Below are positions 8,208 to 18,076 of a stretch of 36,862 nt of DNA, piece after piece (position 1 is the stretch's first letter; every line of letters starts with the position of its first letter). Origin of the DNA: Candidatus Micrarchaeota archaeon (GTDB lineage: Archaea > Micrarchaeota > Micrarchaeia > Anstonellales > Anstonellaceae); assembly GCA_026413805.1 (NCBI GenBank), contig JAOAKE010000004.1:1-36862 (forward strand). Reading direction: 5' to 3'. The notes beneath the pieces were generated by a model, which worked only from the letters and a program-made list of their open reading frames with translations, did not search any database and had not been told where the DNA came from. A program made the translations under genes and the position numbers.

Positions 8208-9962
8208 CTATTCTACTGTCACCGACTTTGCAAGGTTCCTTGGCTTGTCAGGGTCGCGCCCAAGCTCCACTGCCATATAATAGGCAAGCATTTGCAATGG
8301 GATTGAGTATAAAATAGGGGAGGCAAGCTGGCTGCACGGCGGCATCCTGAATGACAATGCTGACTTTGAAAGCAGTTCTTCTGAATCTGACAACACCAAG
8401 AGAGTGGCATTCCTTGCTTTGCATTCCTGTATGTTTGAGGCTGTTTTTGGAAGTGATTCGTCAGATGGCGCAAGCGCCACAACCACGACCTCTTTGTCCA
8501 AAAGCGAAAGCGGTCCGTGCTTGAGTTCTCCTGCAGCGTATGCCTCTGCGTGCAGGTAAGTTATTTCTTTTAGCTTAAGTGCCCCTTCAAGGGCAACCGG
8601 GTAAGAGTAAGACCTCCCGATAAAGAAGAAATCCCTCCTTTTTGCAAGGGCAGAGGCAATCTTTTTTATTTCATTTGACCTAGAGGCAAGCCGCTCTATT
8701 TCCCAAGAAAGCGCGGCAAGCTCTCCTGCCAGTGCGCTTTTGCCTGCAAGGGAAATGGCGATTTTTGTAAGGACGGCAAGCTGGCAGGTGAATGACTTGG
8801 TGGCCACCACCGAAAGCTCAGGCCCAGCCCCAATGACTACTCTGGCGTCTGCTTCTCGGTAAAGGGAGCTTCCCACTACATTTGTTATCGCGATTATCTT
8901 CGCCTTGTCCTTCTTTGCAAGCCTTACAGCTGCAAGGGTGTCGGCAGTTTCCCCAGACTGGCTGATTGCCACAACCACTTTCTCTTTTCCTGTGCGCAGG
9001 TACGGGTATTCTGAGGCATAGGCCACTTCGCATGAGGCCCCAAGGAGCCTGTGCATGGCAAGTTTGAAAACCAAGCCTGCATGGTATGAGCTGCCAGAAG
9101 CAACAACTGCGATGCTGCTTTGGTTTTTCAGCAGCCCAACAGCTTCGCTGACATCAGCAGCCAACGCCTCCCTCACCTTTGACTGCTGCTCATTGATTTC
9201 CTTAATCATAAAGTGCGGGTAGCCGTCCTTTTGGGCCATCTGCGCAGTCCAATTTATGGCATGCACCTTTCTTGCCACCTTTTTTCCGTCTTTCCCAAAG
9301 ACTACAAACCCATCCTTGTGCATCTCGGCACGGTCGCCATCTTCCAAAAAAATAGCTTGGTTTGTGTATTCAAGCAGGGCGGCAACATCAGAGGCGCAAA
9401 TCATTTCTCCCTTCCCAACCCCCATCACCAGAGGCGGCCCATTGCGGGAAAGGTAAATTGCCTGTTCCCCCTCTGCCATCACTACTAAAGACCACGAGCC
9501 TGTCAGCCTCCCCACTGCCTTTTCAAACGCCTTCCCAAAATCCTTCTCTTTTTTTCGCGCATCCTCTATCAGGTGCGCCACAAGCTCGGTGTCTGTCTCA
9601 GAAGTGAAGCGGTGCCCAGCGGATAAAAGCTCCTCCTTCAGCTTTTCAAAATTTTCAATAACACCGTTGTGTATCACGAATATTTTTCCGCTGCAGTCTG
9701 AGTGCGGGTGGGCATTCTGTGGGGTGACGCCGCCGTGGGTTGCCCATCGCGTGTGCCCAATACCCATGTTGCCTTCAAGCTGCAGGAAATTCTTTTTTTT
9801 GTGGATTTCATCTATTTTTCCCACGTCTTTTATCACCCTTATTTTTCCATCCAGGGTGGCAATTCCTGCCGAATCATAGCCTCGGTATTCCAGCCGGCGC
9901 AGCCCTGCCAGTATTACTTCTGAGGCCTTTCGGTGTCCTATGTAGCCGATTATTCCGCACAT
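8208..9962 (-). CDS. glmS: Glutamine-fructose-6-phosphate aminotransferase (isomerizing)
   Basis: MCGIIGY, RLEYRGYDSAG, GHTRWATHG, SQSGETADT, ELKHGP, PRNLAKSVTVE. Confidence 0.98.
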   Translation of the reverse strand: MCGIIGYIGHRKASEVILAGLRRLEYRGYDSAGIATLDGKIRVIKDVGKIDEIHKKKNFLQLEGNMGIGHTRWATHGGVTPQNAHPHSDCSGKIFVIHNGVIENFEKLKEELLSAGHRFTSETDTELVAHLIEDARKKEKDFGKAFEKAVGRLTGSWSLVVMAEGEQAIYLSRNGPPLVMGVGKGEMICASDVAALLEYTNQAIFLEDGDRAEMHKDGFVVFGKDGKKVARKVHAINWTAQMAQKDGYPHFMIKEINEQQSKVREALAADVSEAVGLLKNQSSIAVVASGSSYHAGLVFKLAMHRLLGASCEVAYASEYPYLRTGKEKVVVAISQSGETADTLAAVRLAKKDKAKIIAITNVVGSSLYREADARVVIGAGPELSVVATKSFTCQLAVLTKIAISLAGKSALAGELAALSWEIERLASRSNEIKKIASALAKRRDFFFIGRSYSYPVALEGALKLKEITYLHAEAYAAGELKHGPLSLLDKEVVVVALAPSDESLPKTASNIQECKARNATLLVLSDSEELLSKSALSFRMPPCSQLASPILYSIPLQMLAYYMAVELGRDPDKPRNLAKSVTVE

Positions 9963-9978
9963 GAGAAAAGCACCAAAA

Positions 9979-10173
9979 TCAGACCTTTTCCCCTACTGCG
10001 AAAGTCCTTTTTACAGCCGTGATTTTTATTTTTACTTTTTCGCCCACCTCTGCATTTGGCACAAATATAACAAAGCCTTCAATGTGGGCGATGCCATCTC
10101 CCTTTGCGCCCTTGGCATCAATTATAACTTCGTATTCCTTGCCTTCCTCAACAGGGCGACCGATTCCATCCAT
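9979..10173 (-). CDS. Single TRAM-domain RNA-binding protein
   Basis: PVEEGKEYEVIIDAKGAKGDGIAHIEGFVIFVPNAEVGEKVKIKI. GGAGG upstream of ATG 10173. Confidence 0.9.
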   Translation of the reverse strand: MDGIGRPVEEGKEYEVIIDAKGAKGDGIAHIEGFVIFVPNAEVGEKVKIKITAVKRTFAVGEKV

Positions 10174-10252
10174 AACACACACCCTCCACATAGAGCTTGG
10201 AAGGAGTGGTTAATAATATTTTGGCTTTTTGGAAGCAGCATTGCCTGCTTGG

Positions 10253-11338
10253 TTACCTAAAGGGGCGGGCATTCCTGCGAAGGCGCATTAGGGCAGGGCT
10301 CCGTCCCAGCCTGCTAAAAAGCGAGCCATATGCCTGCTCAAATTGGCGCCCATCTAATGCCGCGCGAAGGTCGGCTTCAATAAGCACAGGGGGATAGGCA
10401 TAGGATTTGTGGAGGCAAGAAAGCGAATGGACAAAGGAGGCTATTTCATCAAATCCCCTCTGCCCAGAAAGGAACTCCACCCGCAACGGCCGGTCATCCT
10501 TTACTGGCTTGAGGTAAAAGGCAAGTATTCTTTCGCCCCATTGCCCGAGCTCTTTGATTATCTGGTGCCTCTGTGGTTCCGCCGCATAGGAAAAGGCGCA
10601 AGTCCTCTCACCCTCATTCAGCATAAAAAACAGGAAATTAGTGTCGTTTGTGTTGGCAAACCCATTGCCCTGGGTGTGCTTGCTGACTATCTCTATGAAT
10701 CGCCTGCTTCTGCTGTCCTTTATCACTCCCAGCAAAGTGCAGTTTTTTTCCCAGGCAGCTTGGTAAAGCTTGCGGTATTCTTCTACTGTCTCGTTGTAAA
10801 GTGGCCTAATTTCCGACTCTTCTGGCGGCCTGTCTGACAGGAGGGGGGCTATTGAGCCATCCAGCAGCAGATAATCTGGAGAATGCTGTGCAATGAGCTT
10901 GCTTGCACAGGAAAGCTCGCTTTTAAGCCTGAACAATGACTTGTGCCATATAACCTCATAGCTGTCAAGCCCGCTTCGCACGTCATATTGCGTGTTTGGG
11001 ATTGCAGACGGGAAGTAGGTGTGCGAAATCACCTTGGAAGCGCGATATTCAAATATCACGCCCGCTGCCCTCAAGAGGAGAAAGTCAAAGCCGTGCAGCT
11101 CCTCCCCTATAATGCCGCTGTCCACGGCAGCGACCTTGCAGCTTATGGAAACCTTGCCCACAGGGTAAAAAAGGCTTTTTTCAAGGGTTTCAGGGTATTC
11201 TATCTTCCCTGAATTGAAGCGCAGCCTTTTTGCAAGCTCCCTTTTTTCATTTTCCGACTCCGAAATCTTTTTTGCAATTTCTTCCAAGCCAGAGTCAAGC
11301 ATAAGTAATATAACGCTGGGTTTGCTTTTTATCTGCAT
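10253..11338 (-). CDS. nurA: NurA DNA double-strand break repair nuclease
   Basis: VAAVDSG, LLLDGSI, GVIKDSRS, YAYPPVLIEADLRA motifs. Confidence 0.88.
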   Translation of the reverse strand: MQIKSKPSVILLMLDSGLEEIAKKISESENEKRELAKRLRFNSGKIEYPETLEKSLFYPVGKVSISCKVAAVDSGIIGEELHGFDFLLLRAAGVIFEYRASKVISHTYFPSAIPNTQYDVRSGLDSYEVIWHKSLFRLKSELSCASKLIAQHSPDYLLLDGSIAPLLSDRPPEESEIRPLYNETVEEYRKLYQAAWEKNCTLLGVIKDSRSRRFIEIVSKHTQGNGFANTNDTNFLFFMLNEGERTCAFSYAAEPQRHQIIKELGQWGERILAFYLKPVKDDRPLRVEFLSGQRGFDEIASFVHSLSCLHKSYAYPPVLIEADLRAALDGRQFEQAYGSLFSRLGRSPALMRLRRNARPFR

Positions 11339-11391
11339 ATGCCGCGGAAATCCGATTTCCGCTACTAAAAAATTTCCGGAGGAAATTTTTC

Positions 11392-11742
11392 ATGGCACTC
11401 AAGCAAGTGATTGTAATCCGCAGCGACTTGGGAATGGGCAAGGGCAAAATCGCTGCGCAGGTTTCCCACGCCTCCCTTTCTGCTTTTCGCCAGGCAGAGC
11501 TGCGCGACAAATTCACTGCGCGGAAATGGGAGGCAGAGGGGCAGAAAAAAATTGTCTTGAAGGTCGCAAGCGAGCAGGAGCTTCTTGCCCTCTATGAGAA
11601 GGTAAGGCGCGAGCTTCCATGCGCCTTGGTTCGCGACGCAGGAAGCACCCAGCTTGAGCCAGGCACAATCACTTGCTTTGCCGCAGGGCCTGCTGAGGAG
11701 GAAAAGATAGACAAGTTCACAAAAGAGCTCAAGCTTCTCTAA
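11392..11742 (+). CDS. pth2: Peptidyl-tRNA hydrolase Pth2
   Basis: KQVIVIRSDLGMGKGKIAAQVSHA, GQKKIVLKV, DAGSTQL, GP, LKLL. Confidence 0.96.
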   Translation: MALKQVIVIRSDLGMGKGKIAAQVSHASLSAFRQAELRDKFTARKWEAEGQKKIVLKVASEQELLALYEKVRRELPCALVRDAGSTQLEPGTITCFAAGPAEEEKIDKFTKELKLL

Positions 11743-11776
11743 CCAGCGCCAAGCCCGCCTGCCAAAATGCAAAGGC

Positions 11777-13750
11777 CTAAGCCCGTGCCTTCTCTCCGGC
11801 TGCCAGCTGCTTTTTTTCTGCCACCTCGCCTGCGCTCTTTTTCACCTTGGTGTAAATCCTGAGGATTTCTGCAACAGACCACGCCTGTGAAATTGCCCCC
11901 CTCGGTTCCATCGTGGCAGGCTCATACAGCTCTGGCAGGGAGCCTATGCACCCCTTTCTTATTGCATCTGCAAATGGGCGAAGGGAAGCGAGAACCTGCG
12001 CTTCGCTTCCAGGATAGACGCTCAGCTGCGCGTCATAAAATGCCCCCAAAAGCCAAGGCCAAACCATCCCCTGGTGGTATGCAACATCCCGCTCTTGCTG
12101 GCTGCCTGCATAGTGCTCCTTGTAGCGCGGGTCTGCGGGGGAAAGGGTGCGAAGCCCAAGCGGGGTATAAAGCCTGGAGCGGACAACATGCAATACATAC
12201 TTTCTTTGCAGGGGGTTTAGTGGCGAGTGCGGAAGAGAGGCCGCAAATATCTGGTTTGGCCGGACTGATGCATCATTAGGCTCAATGACGTCAAACAGCC
12301 CCCCATCATCAGCGCAGAACTTTTGGAACGAAGATTCCACGCCCTCCAAAATCTTTGCAATTGCTTCCTCCCGCTTGCCGTCGTCAAAGCGTTTTGCAAG
12401 CTCGCGGAGAAAGCACAAGTTGGAATACCACAGGGCGTTTATTTCAACTGGCTTGCCATTCCTGGGAGTCACTGCCACGCCATTGACTTTTGCATCCATC
12501 CAAGTGGCAGCAGGCTCCTTTACAGAAAGCAGGCAATCTGCGTCCATATAGGCAAGCCTGTTGCCATGCATATAGGAGGAAACAAAGCTGCAGAGGTGCT
12601 TCCATAAGCCATTTTCCACAGTCCAATAGTCGTTAGTGTATTCAACATACTCTCTTACAGAATTGACAAACCACAGCGAGGCGTCAGCGCAGTTGTAGTG
12701 CGCTTGGCCGCTTTCATCTATGAAGTTTGGAACCAGCCCCTCTCGCATGAGCGAGGCATATCTTAAAAGAACCTCTGCCGCAAGCCCATGCCTGCCTGTG
12801 CAAAGAAGAAGCCCAGGCAAGGCAATCATCGCGTCCCTTCCCCACTCCGAAAACCAATGATAGCCTGCCAAGATGCCGTGCCCCTTTCCTCTTTTCGCAA
12901 TGAAGGTGTCGGCCGCATGCAAAAGAACCTCTAAAAAGTCTGTCCGCTCCAGCTTGTTCTGCTGGCAGTATTGCTCTGCAAAATGGTGTGAGCGGAGGGC
13001 TTGCCTGTCAAGAAGTTCCAGGGCATCAGAGGGCAAAAGCATCTCCAAGGAAATCGAAATGTGCAGTTCATCTCCCTTGCAAAGCTTTGCCAAAAAAAGC
13101 CCAGGCGAACAGAGCGTTTCAATGTAGGGATACCCCCTCTCTTTTTCAGCGCGGTATTCCATATTGCGGTATACTTCCCTTGCCTGCACAAACCTTCCGC
13201 CAGAGGCGCAGACGCGCATCTCTGAAGGCTTTCTTATCAAAAAGCCTGCACGGTCGCATTCAAATTCCAACGCAGGCTCAATGGCAGAGGGGTCGCTGTG
13301 AATCTGCCTTGGGGCAAGAAGTGGGCGGGCCGAAAGCTCAACTTCTTTTCCAGCCAGCACCCTATAGGAAACAAGGGCAGTGTTTTTGCCATGCACCATC
13401 CTGACCGATTTTTCAAGCCGCACGTCGCCAAGCGAATAGAGAAAGGTTGGATGGTGGTAGAAGGAAAAGCCTATTTGGTGGCGGAATCCCTCTGGGTAAA
13501 CTACCCCTGGGTAGCAGTTTGTTGAAAGGGGATATTCGCTCCCACCCACCTTGGCAAACTCCTCAAATTTTGAAAGCATTACATGCCTAGAGTGCGCTTC
13601 GCCAATAGGCGCAACTAGCAACCCATGGTATTTGCGCGTGTTCATCCCGATTACAGTAGAAGAGGAATACCCTCCCAGCCCGTTTGCAACCAGCCATTCC
13701 TTTCCTTTAGCCTGCGAAGGAGTCAAGTCAAAGGCAGAAAGCGATATCAT
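11777..13750 (-). CDS. Glycogen debranching enzyme / amylo-alpha-1,6-glucosidase, archaeal type
   Basis: EWLVANGLGGYSS, TRKYHGLL, AGYHWFSEWGRD, TWMDAK, GKPVEINALWY, RPNQ, YHQGMVWPWL, QAWSVAE. Confidence 0.93.
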   Translation of the reverse strand: MISLSAFDLTPSQAKGKEWLVANGLGGYSSSTVIGMNTRKYHGLLVAPIGEAHSRHVMLSKFEEFAKVGGSEYPLSTNCYPGVVYPEGFRHQIGFSFYHHPTFLYSLGDVRLEKSVRMVHGKNTALVSYRVLAGKEVELSARPLLAPRQIHSDPSAIEPALEFECDRAGFLIRKPSEMRVCASGGRFVQAREVYRNMEYRAEKERGYPYIETLCSPGLFLAKLCKGDELHISISLEMLLPSDALELLDRQALRSHHFAEQYCQQNKLERTDFLEVLLHAADTFIAKRGKGHGILAGYHWFSEWGRDAMIALPGLLLCTGRHGLAAEVLLRYASLMREGLVPNFIDESGQAHYNCADASLWFVNSVREYVEYTNDYWTVENGLWKHLCSFVSSYMHGNRLAYMDADCLLSVKEPAATWMDAKVNGVAVTPRNGKPVEINALWYSNLCFLRELAKRFDDGKREEAIAKILEGVESSFQKFCADDGGLFDVIEPNDASVRPNQIFAASLPHSPLNPLQRKYVLHVVRSRLYTPLGLRTLSPADPRYKEHYAGSQQERDVAYHQGMVWPWLLGAFYDAQLSVYPGSEAQVLASLRPFADAIRKGCIGSLPELYEPATMEPRGAISQAWSVAEILRIYTKVKKSAGEVAEKKQLAAGEKARA

Positions 13751-13930
13751 GCCCACCTATCGCTTCTTTAAAATAAAAAGTTTGCGCTGCTAGGCGCGTG
13801 GCTTGGCTAATTGCTGTGCAGCGCGCTGCTAGGATTAGCTTAATTTGCCGTAGGTTCGCCAAACTTAATCTGCTTGCTTTAAAAATATTGCCAAATTTAC
13901 AAATGCCAGCATCAGCTTAGAGGTGGGAGG

Positions 13931-15133
13931 ATGTCTGAAAAACCATCTGCAATTGAAAGAGGGGAATATATAATCGGAATCGCAATAATCCTAGCGGCGC
14001 TTTTTGTCTCTGCCACAATATACATTTCAATGGCAGATGTAAAGACCGCCATTTATTCTGCAAAAATCCAGCAGGGGCAGCTTCCAGGCGCCCAAGTGCA
14101 GCAAAACAATTCCTCTACTGCCGAGCTTAAAGTGATAGTCATAAATGACAAAAGATGCACCGACTGCCAAGACCGAGCCGAATTTCTAATTGCACAAATT
14201 CGCTCTTTGTTCCCTGATGCAAAACTGGAAAAATACGATTACTCCGATGCCGAAGGAAAAAAAATCTACTCTGAAATTGGCGGCAAGGAGAAAATCCCCC
14301 TCGTTCTTTTTACCCCTGCAGTAAAAGACAGCGATTCCTACTCAAACGTAGCTGCCTACCTTGTCAAGAAGGGGAACTATTTCATGCTCCGAGTTGGCTC
14401 AGAGTTTGACCCAACAGCAGAGATTTGCGGAAACGGGATTGATGACGACTCCAACGGCGCTGCTGACTGCAACGACCCTGCTTGCTCTACCCACATAAGC
14501 TGCATGCCAAAGCTTGACAAGCCAGTAGTTGAGCTTTTTGTGATGAGCCACTGCCCATACGGCACGCAGATGGAAAAGGGGATGCTGCCAGTCATTGACT
14601 TGCTTGGCAACAAAGTGGACTGGAACATCCGGTTTGTGTCTTATGCAATGCATGGGGAAACCGAGGTGCGCGAGCAGCAGCTCCAATACTGCATCCAAAA
14701 ATATAGTAAAAGCAAGTACTTTGAGTACCTCCGCTGCTTCCTCAACTCCAGCAAGACAGAGGAGTGCCTTGCAGCAACCGGGCTTTCACGCTCTCAATTC
14801 CAAAAATGCTATGACGAGGCAGACAAGAAGTTCAACATAACTGCCATCCTCAATGACCGATCCTCTTGGCTGAACGGGGTGTACCCTAAATTTAACATAG
14901 ATGCAGAGCTAAATGAGAAATACGGAGTGGGAGGCTCGCCAACCTTTGTAATAAACGGCATTGTCAATGAGGGGCAAGGAAGGGACCCGGCAAGCATCCT
15001 GCAGACTGTTTGCTTGGGCTTCAAGGTCAAGCCACCCGAGTGCGACCGGCAGCTTTCAACACAATCATATACACCTGGCTTTGGGTTTGAGTTTCAGTCA
15101 ACAGGGGCAATAGCAGCAGGAAGCTGCGGCTAG
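13931..15133 (+). CDS. Membrane-anchored two-domain thioredoxin/DsbA-like protein with a Cys/Asp-rich insert
   Basis: N-terminal TM helix, CTDC, EICGNGIDDDSNGAADCNDPAC, FVMSHCPYG, GVGGSPTFVING, C-terminal GSCG. GAGGTG/GGAGG RBS upstream. Confidence 0.8.
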   Translation: MSEKPSAIERGEYIIGIAIILAALFVSATIYISMADVKTAIYSAKIQQGQLPGAQVQQNNSSTAELKVIVINDKRCTDCQDRAEFLIAQIRSLFPDAKLEKYDYSDAEGKKIYSEIGGKEKIPLVLFTPAVKDSDSYSNVAAYLVKKGNYFMLRVGSEFDPTAEICGNGIDDDSNGAADCNDPACSTHISCMPKLDKPVVELFVMSHCPYGTQMEKGMLPVIDLLGNKVDWNIRFVSYAMHGETEVREQQLQYCIQKYSKSKYFEYLRCFLNSSKTEECLAATGLSRSQFQKCYDEADKKFNITAILNDRSSWLNGVYPKFNIDAELNEKYGVGGSPTFVINGIVNEGQGRDPASILQTVCLGFKVKPPECDRQLSTQSYTPGFGFEFQSTGAIAAGSCG

Positions 15134-15136
15134 CTG

Positions 15137-15664
15137 GTGTGCCGATTGAATGGGCTTTCAGGAAAGGCAGTCTATCTTGCCATTGCAGCGTTAGTCCTTG
15201 TGGCGCTGCTTGTCCTTGCTGTTTATTGGGCAGCAGGCAGCAGCCCAGAGGAAAAAGAGCCGATCAGCATCAACCAGCCAAGCCCTGGGGAGGGCGGCGG
15301 AAAGGAAAGCGCAAAGCAGCCTGCCTCAAAGCAACAAGGCGAGCCAGAGGTGGTGCTTGAATTTCTCTACGCTGACTGGTGCCCCCACTGCCAGAAAATG
15401 AAGCCCATAGTCCAAAAGATTGCAGGCGAGATGCCATCAGAGAGGCTTAAGATAGTCTATTGGAGAGATGAAGATGTGCAAAAAGACCGCGCCACTTACG
15501 ACCGGTTTTCCTACTACCGCCAAAAGGGCATTTTTGTTGGCTTTCCGACATTTGTAATAAACAATGGCGAAGACTACCTTGCAGGAGAAGTGAGCGAGCC
15601 TTATTTTCGCGACTGGCTCTGCAGACATTTCTCCAGCCCAAAGCCAGAAAAATGCAATTCATAA
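15137..15664 (+). CDS. Membrane-anchored thioredoxin-family protein
   Basis: N-terminal TM helix, YADWCPHCQKM, GFPTFVIN. Start is GTG 15137 or TTG 15146. Confidence 0.85.
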   Translation: MCRLNGLSGKAVYLAIAALVLVALLVLAVYWAAGSSPEEKEPISINQPSPGEGGGKESAKQPASKQQGEPEVVLEFLYADWCPHCQKMKPIVQKIAGEMPSERLKIVYWRDEDVQKDRATYDRFSYYRQKGIFVGFPTFVINNGEDYLAGEVSEPYFRDWLCRHFSSPKPEKCNS

Positions 15665-15722
15665 GGCAGCCACTTTAAAGTAGTGTTTTTTATTCTTTAT
15701 TTCCGCTTTACTTCTTGGTTTT

Positions 15723-16613
15723 ATGCCAAAAAAGAGAAAAAAGAGGCAAACAGCGCAACCAGTAGGGCAAAAAGCAAAGCCGCCTATTCAAGCTAAAAAC
15801 GCGCCCCCTCCGCGTGCATTCTTTTTCTTTCTTGCAGCATTTGCCATCATTGCCTTGGCACTTTTTGCAGCTTGGATGATGGTGGGCAAGCCACCTGAAA
15901 AAAGCGACGCGCCCAATGGCACAAAGGCCAAAGATGAGCCGCCAACCCTCTCAACTGCGCCGCATTACCAGCTTTCTGCTTCTTCCTTTGACTCTGCTTA
16001 TGCGCGGGGAAGCCCGAACGCAGAAATAATCCTTGTTGAATACTGCGATTTTGAGTGCCGATTCTGCCAAGCCGCTTCTTCTACCCTCTCCTCTCTCCAA
16101 AAAAGCAACCCCAATGTGAAGGTCGTCTATAGGCACTATCCTGTAAAGGGCCATTCATTCTCCCAAAAGGCCGCAGAGGCAGCAGAATGCTCTGGAGAGC
16201 AGGGGAAATTCTGGGAGATGCACGACCTGCTGTTTGAAAACCAAAATGACCTTGCCCCCTCCTCCCTCAAAAAATATGCAGAAAAAATAGGATTGGACCT
16301 AGCGAGATTCAATTCTTGCCTTGAATCAGGAAAATACCAAGAGCTTGTTTCTTCGCAGGCAGCAGAAGGGAGGAAGGTTGGGATTTCGGCAACCCCTGCA
16401 TTCATTGTATTTTCCAAAGGCACAAAAGACCCTGCGCTGGAGGCAAGGCTGCTGGAAAAGGCACAGGAGGTCTCCTCCCAATATCCCACCTATGAATTGG
16501 GCATGCAGCTAGTCTCAATCAATGGCGCAAGGGGGGCCTTGCTGTTCTTTGGGGCGCTGCCCCAGTCAGACTTTGAAAAGATAATGGAAGCATTTCAAAA
16601 AAGGGCAAGCTAG
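15723..16613 (+). CDS. DsbA/BdbD-family oxidoreductase
   Basis: TM helix, RGSPNA, EYCDFECRFC, YRHYP, AAEAAEC..QGKFWEMHDLLF, GISATPAF. Confidence 0.9.
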   Translation: MPKKRKKRQTAQPVGQKAKPPIQAKNAPPPRAFFFFLAAFAIIALALFAAWMMVGKPPEKSDAPNGTKAKDEPPTLSTAPHYQLSASSFDSAYARGSPNAEIILVEYCDFECRFCQAASSTLSSLQKSNPNVKVVYRHYPVKGHSFSQKAAEAAECSGEQGKFWEMHDLLFENQNDLAPSSLKKYAEKIGLDLARFNSCLESGKYQELVSSQAAEGRKVGISATPAFIVFSKGTKDPALEARLLEKAQEVSSQYPTYELGMQLVSINGARGALLFFGALPQSDFEKIMEAFQKRAS

Positions 16614-16637
16614 CCTAAGGGTGTTTTTTTGCCTTCT

Positions 16638-17411
16638 ATGAAACTCTTCATTGAATCTTGCCTTCGCGACTCTGCCCGGCTGATTGAAAAAATGAGGGCA
16701 AGGGGGCTGAAAATAACAGCCAAAAAGCGAAACGACATGGTAACCTCGGCAGACTTCGCATCGCAGGCGCTTATAGAGGCAAGGATTAGAAAGGAATTTC
16801 CAGGCGCACACATCCTGTCCGAAGAGGGCGACTTTAAGGCGGATCTTCTTGCAGACTCGCTGTTTGTGATAGACCCGATTGACGGCACGCACAATTTCAT
16901 ACAGGGAATACCGATTTACGGAGTTTCGCTTGCCCATTTTTCAGGCGGCAAGCCAACTGCCGGGGGGACAATCATCCCGCGCCAAAACATGCTTTTTTAT
17001 GCAGAGAAAGGGAAGCCTGCGCTGCTGAATGGAAAAAAGATTTCAGTTTCCAAGACTGCCAAGTTGGAAGACTTCTTTTTTTTGTGCGACAGCCGACTGC
17101 ACACCATCAAAGACCAAGGTTTTTTGAAGGCAGTAGTGGAGCTGGAGCGCCTCAGCCAGCACACTCGCTTTACAGGCTGTTCTGTGTTTGAGCTTGGCGC
17201 AGTTGCATGTGGCATGGTAGATGCGGGGCTGTACTTTAAGCTCAAGCCCTATGATTTTGCTGCAGGGGCGCTCATAGTGGAGCAGGCAGGCGGCAAAGTG
17301 ACAGATTTTGATGGAAAGCGCTGGAGCCTTTCCACAAAGCAGTTTGTTTTTTCAAACGGCAGGCAGCACCGCCAAATCGTTGAGTTCCTCCAATCAAACA
17401 AGGAAAGTTAG
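16638..17411 (+). CDS. suhB: Inositol monophosphatase family protein (SuhB-like)
   Basis: DMVTSAD, ILSEE, IDPIDGTHNF, KPYDFAAGALIVEQAGGKVTD. Confidence 0.9.
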   Translation: MKLFIESCLRDSARLIEKMRARGLKITAKKRNDMVTSADFASQALIEARIRKEFPGAHILSEEGDFKADLLADSLFVIDPIDGTHNFIQGIPIYGVSLAHFSGGKPTAGGTIIPRQNMLFYAEKGKPALLNGKKISVSKTAKLEDFFFLCDSRLHTIKDQGFLKAVVELERLSQHTRFTGCSVFELGAVACGMVDAGLYFKLKPYDFAAGALIVEQAGGKVTDFDGKRWSLSTKQFVFSNGRQHRQIVEFLQSNKES

Positions 17412-18065
17412 CTATTTATCTGCAGGCTCCTCCTTTGCCCAAAACCTGCTTTCAGCCAAAGAGGCAACTGCAAGGAAGAAGACCGAGGCAAATAGCAAGG
17501 CAGATGCAAATGCAATGGCAAAAACCGCCAGCTGGACTGCGCCGATGCCTTTTTTCAGCGCCCCCCTTGCCTCTTCAAGAGCCGCCTTGGCCTCTGATGC
17601 CTTGCTGGCGCTTTTCATTATAGCTTCTGAAGTTTTCCCAAAAGAAGAGGCTGATTGGTTTAGCGAGAGGCTTGCTGCTGAAAAAGAAGAGGAAGCGTTC
17701 TTGAGGCTGCCTGCTGCTTCTTGGATTCGCTTGTCCAGTGAAAAGGGCGGAACTGCAGAAATGCTCTCCAAGACCGAAGCAAGGGCACTGCTTGATTTTG
17801 AAAATTGCGCAAGGGCTATTGAGGCATTTTTAGTCCCTTCCTCAAGCCTTGCACTCCCGCTGCCTGCATCTGCGCTTGCCTTTTCAAGAAAAGCGGCTGT
17901 GCCAACTGCAGAGTCTAATTGCCGCTCAATTGCTGCAGAGGCATTTGAAAGCATAAAAAAAATCGCTGCTGCTGCCACTATTGACAAGACAAAGCCAGCG
18001 CAAGAGAGCAAGGCAGAAAGTGCAAACAAGGAAGCCCGCGCTTTCTTGATTAAATCCTCATCCAT
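17412..18065 (-). CDS. Hypothetical membrane protein (two TM helices flanking an Ala/Ser-rich coiled coil)
   Basis: Hydrophobic segments at both ends and a heptad-like middle. Co-oriented with and directly downstream of the NHL gene. Confidence 0.7.
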   Translation of the reverse strand: MDEDLIKKARASLFALSALLSCAGFVLSIVAAAAIFFMLSNASAAIERQLDSAVGTAAFLEKASADAGSGSARLEEGTKNASIALAQFSKSSSALASVLESISAVPPFSLDKRIQEAAGSLKNASSSFSAASLSLNQSASSFGKTSEAIMKSASKASEAKAALEEARGALKKGIGAVQLAVFAIAFASALLFASVFFLAVASLAESRFWAKEEPADK

Positions 18066-18076
18066 CTGCTTTCCCC

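Noticed and set aside
15131-15139. Amber readthrough fusing the two in-frame thioredoxin ORFs
   Set aside because: The second ORF has its own N-terminal TM anchor and a GGTG-preceded TTG start. Shared frame has a one-in-three chance.
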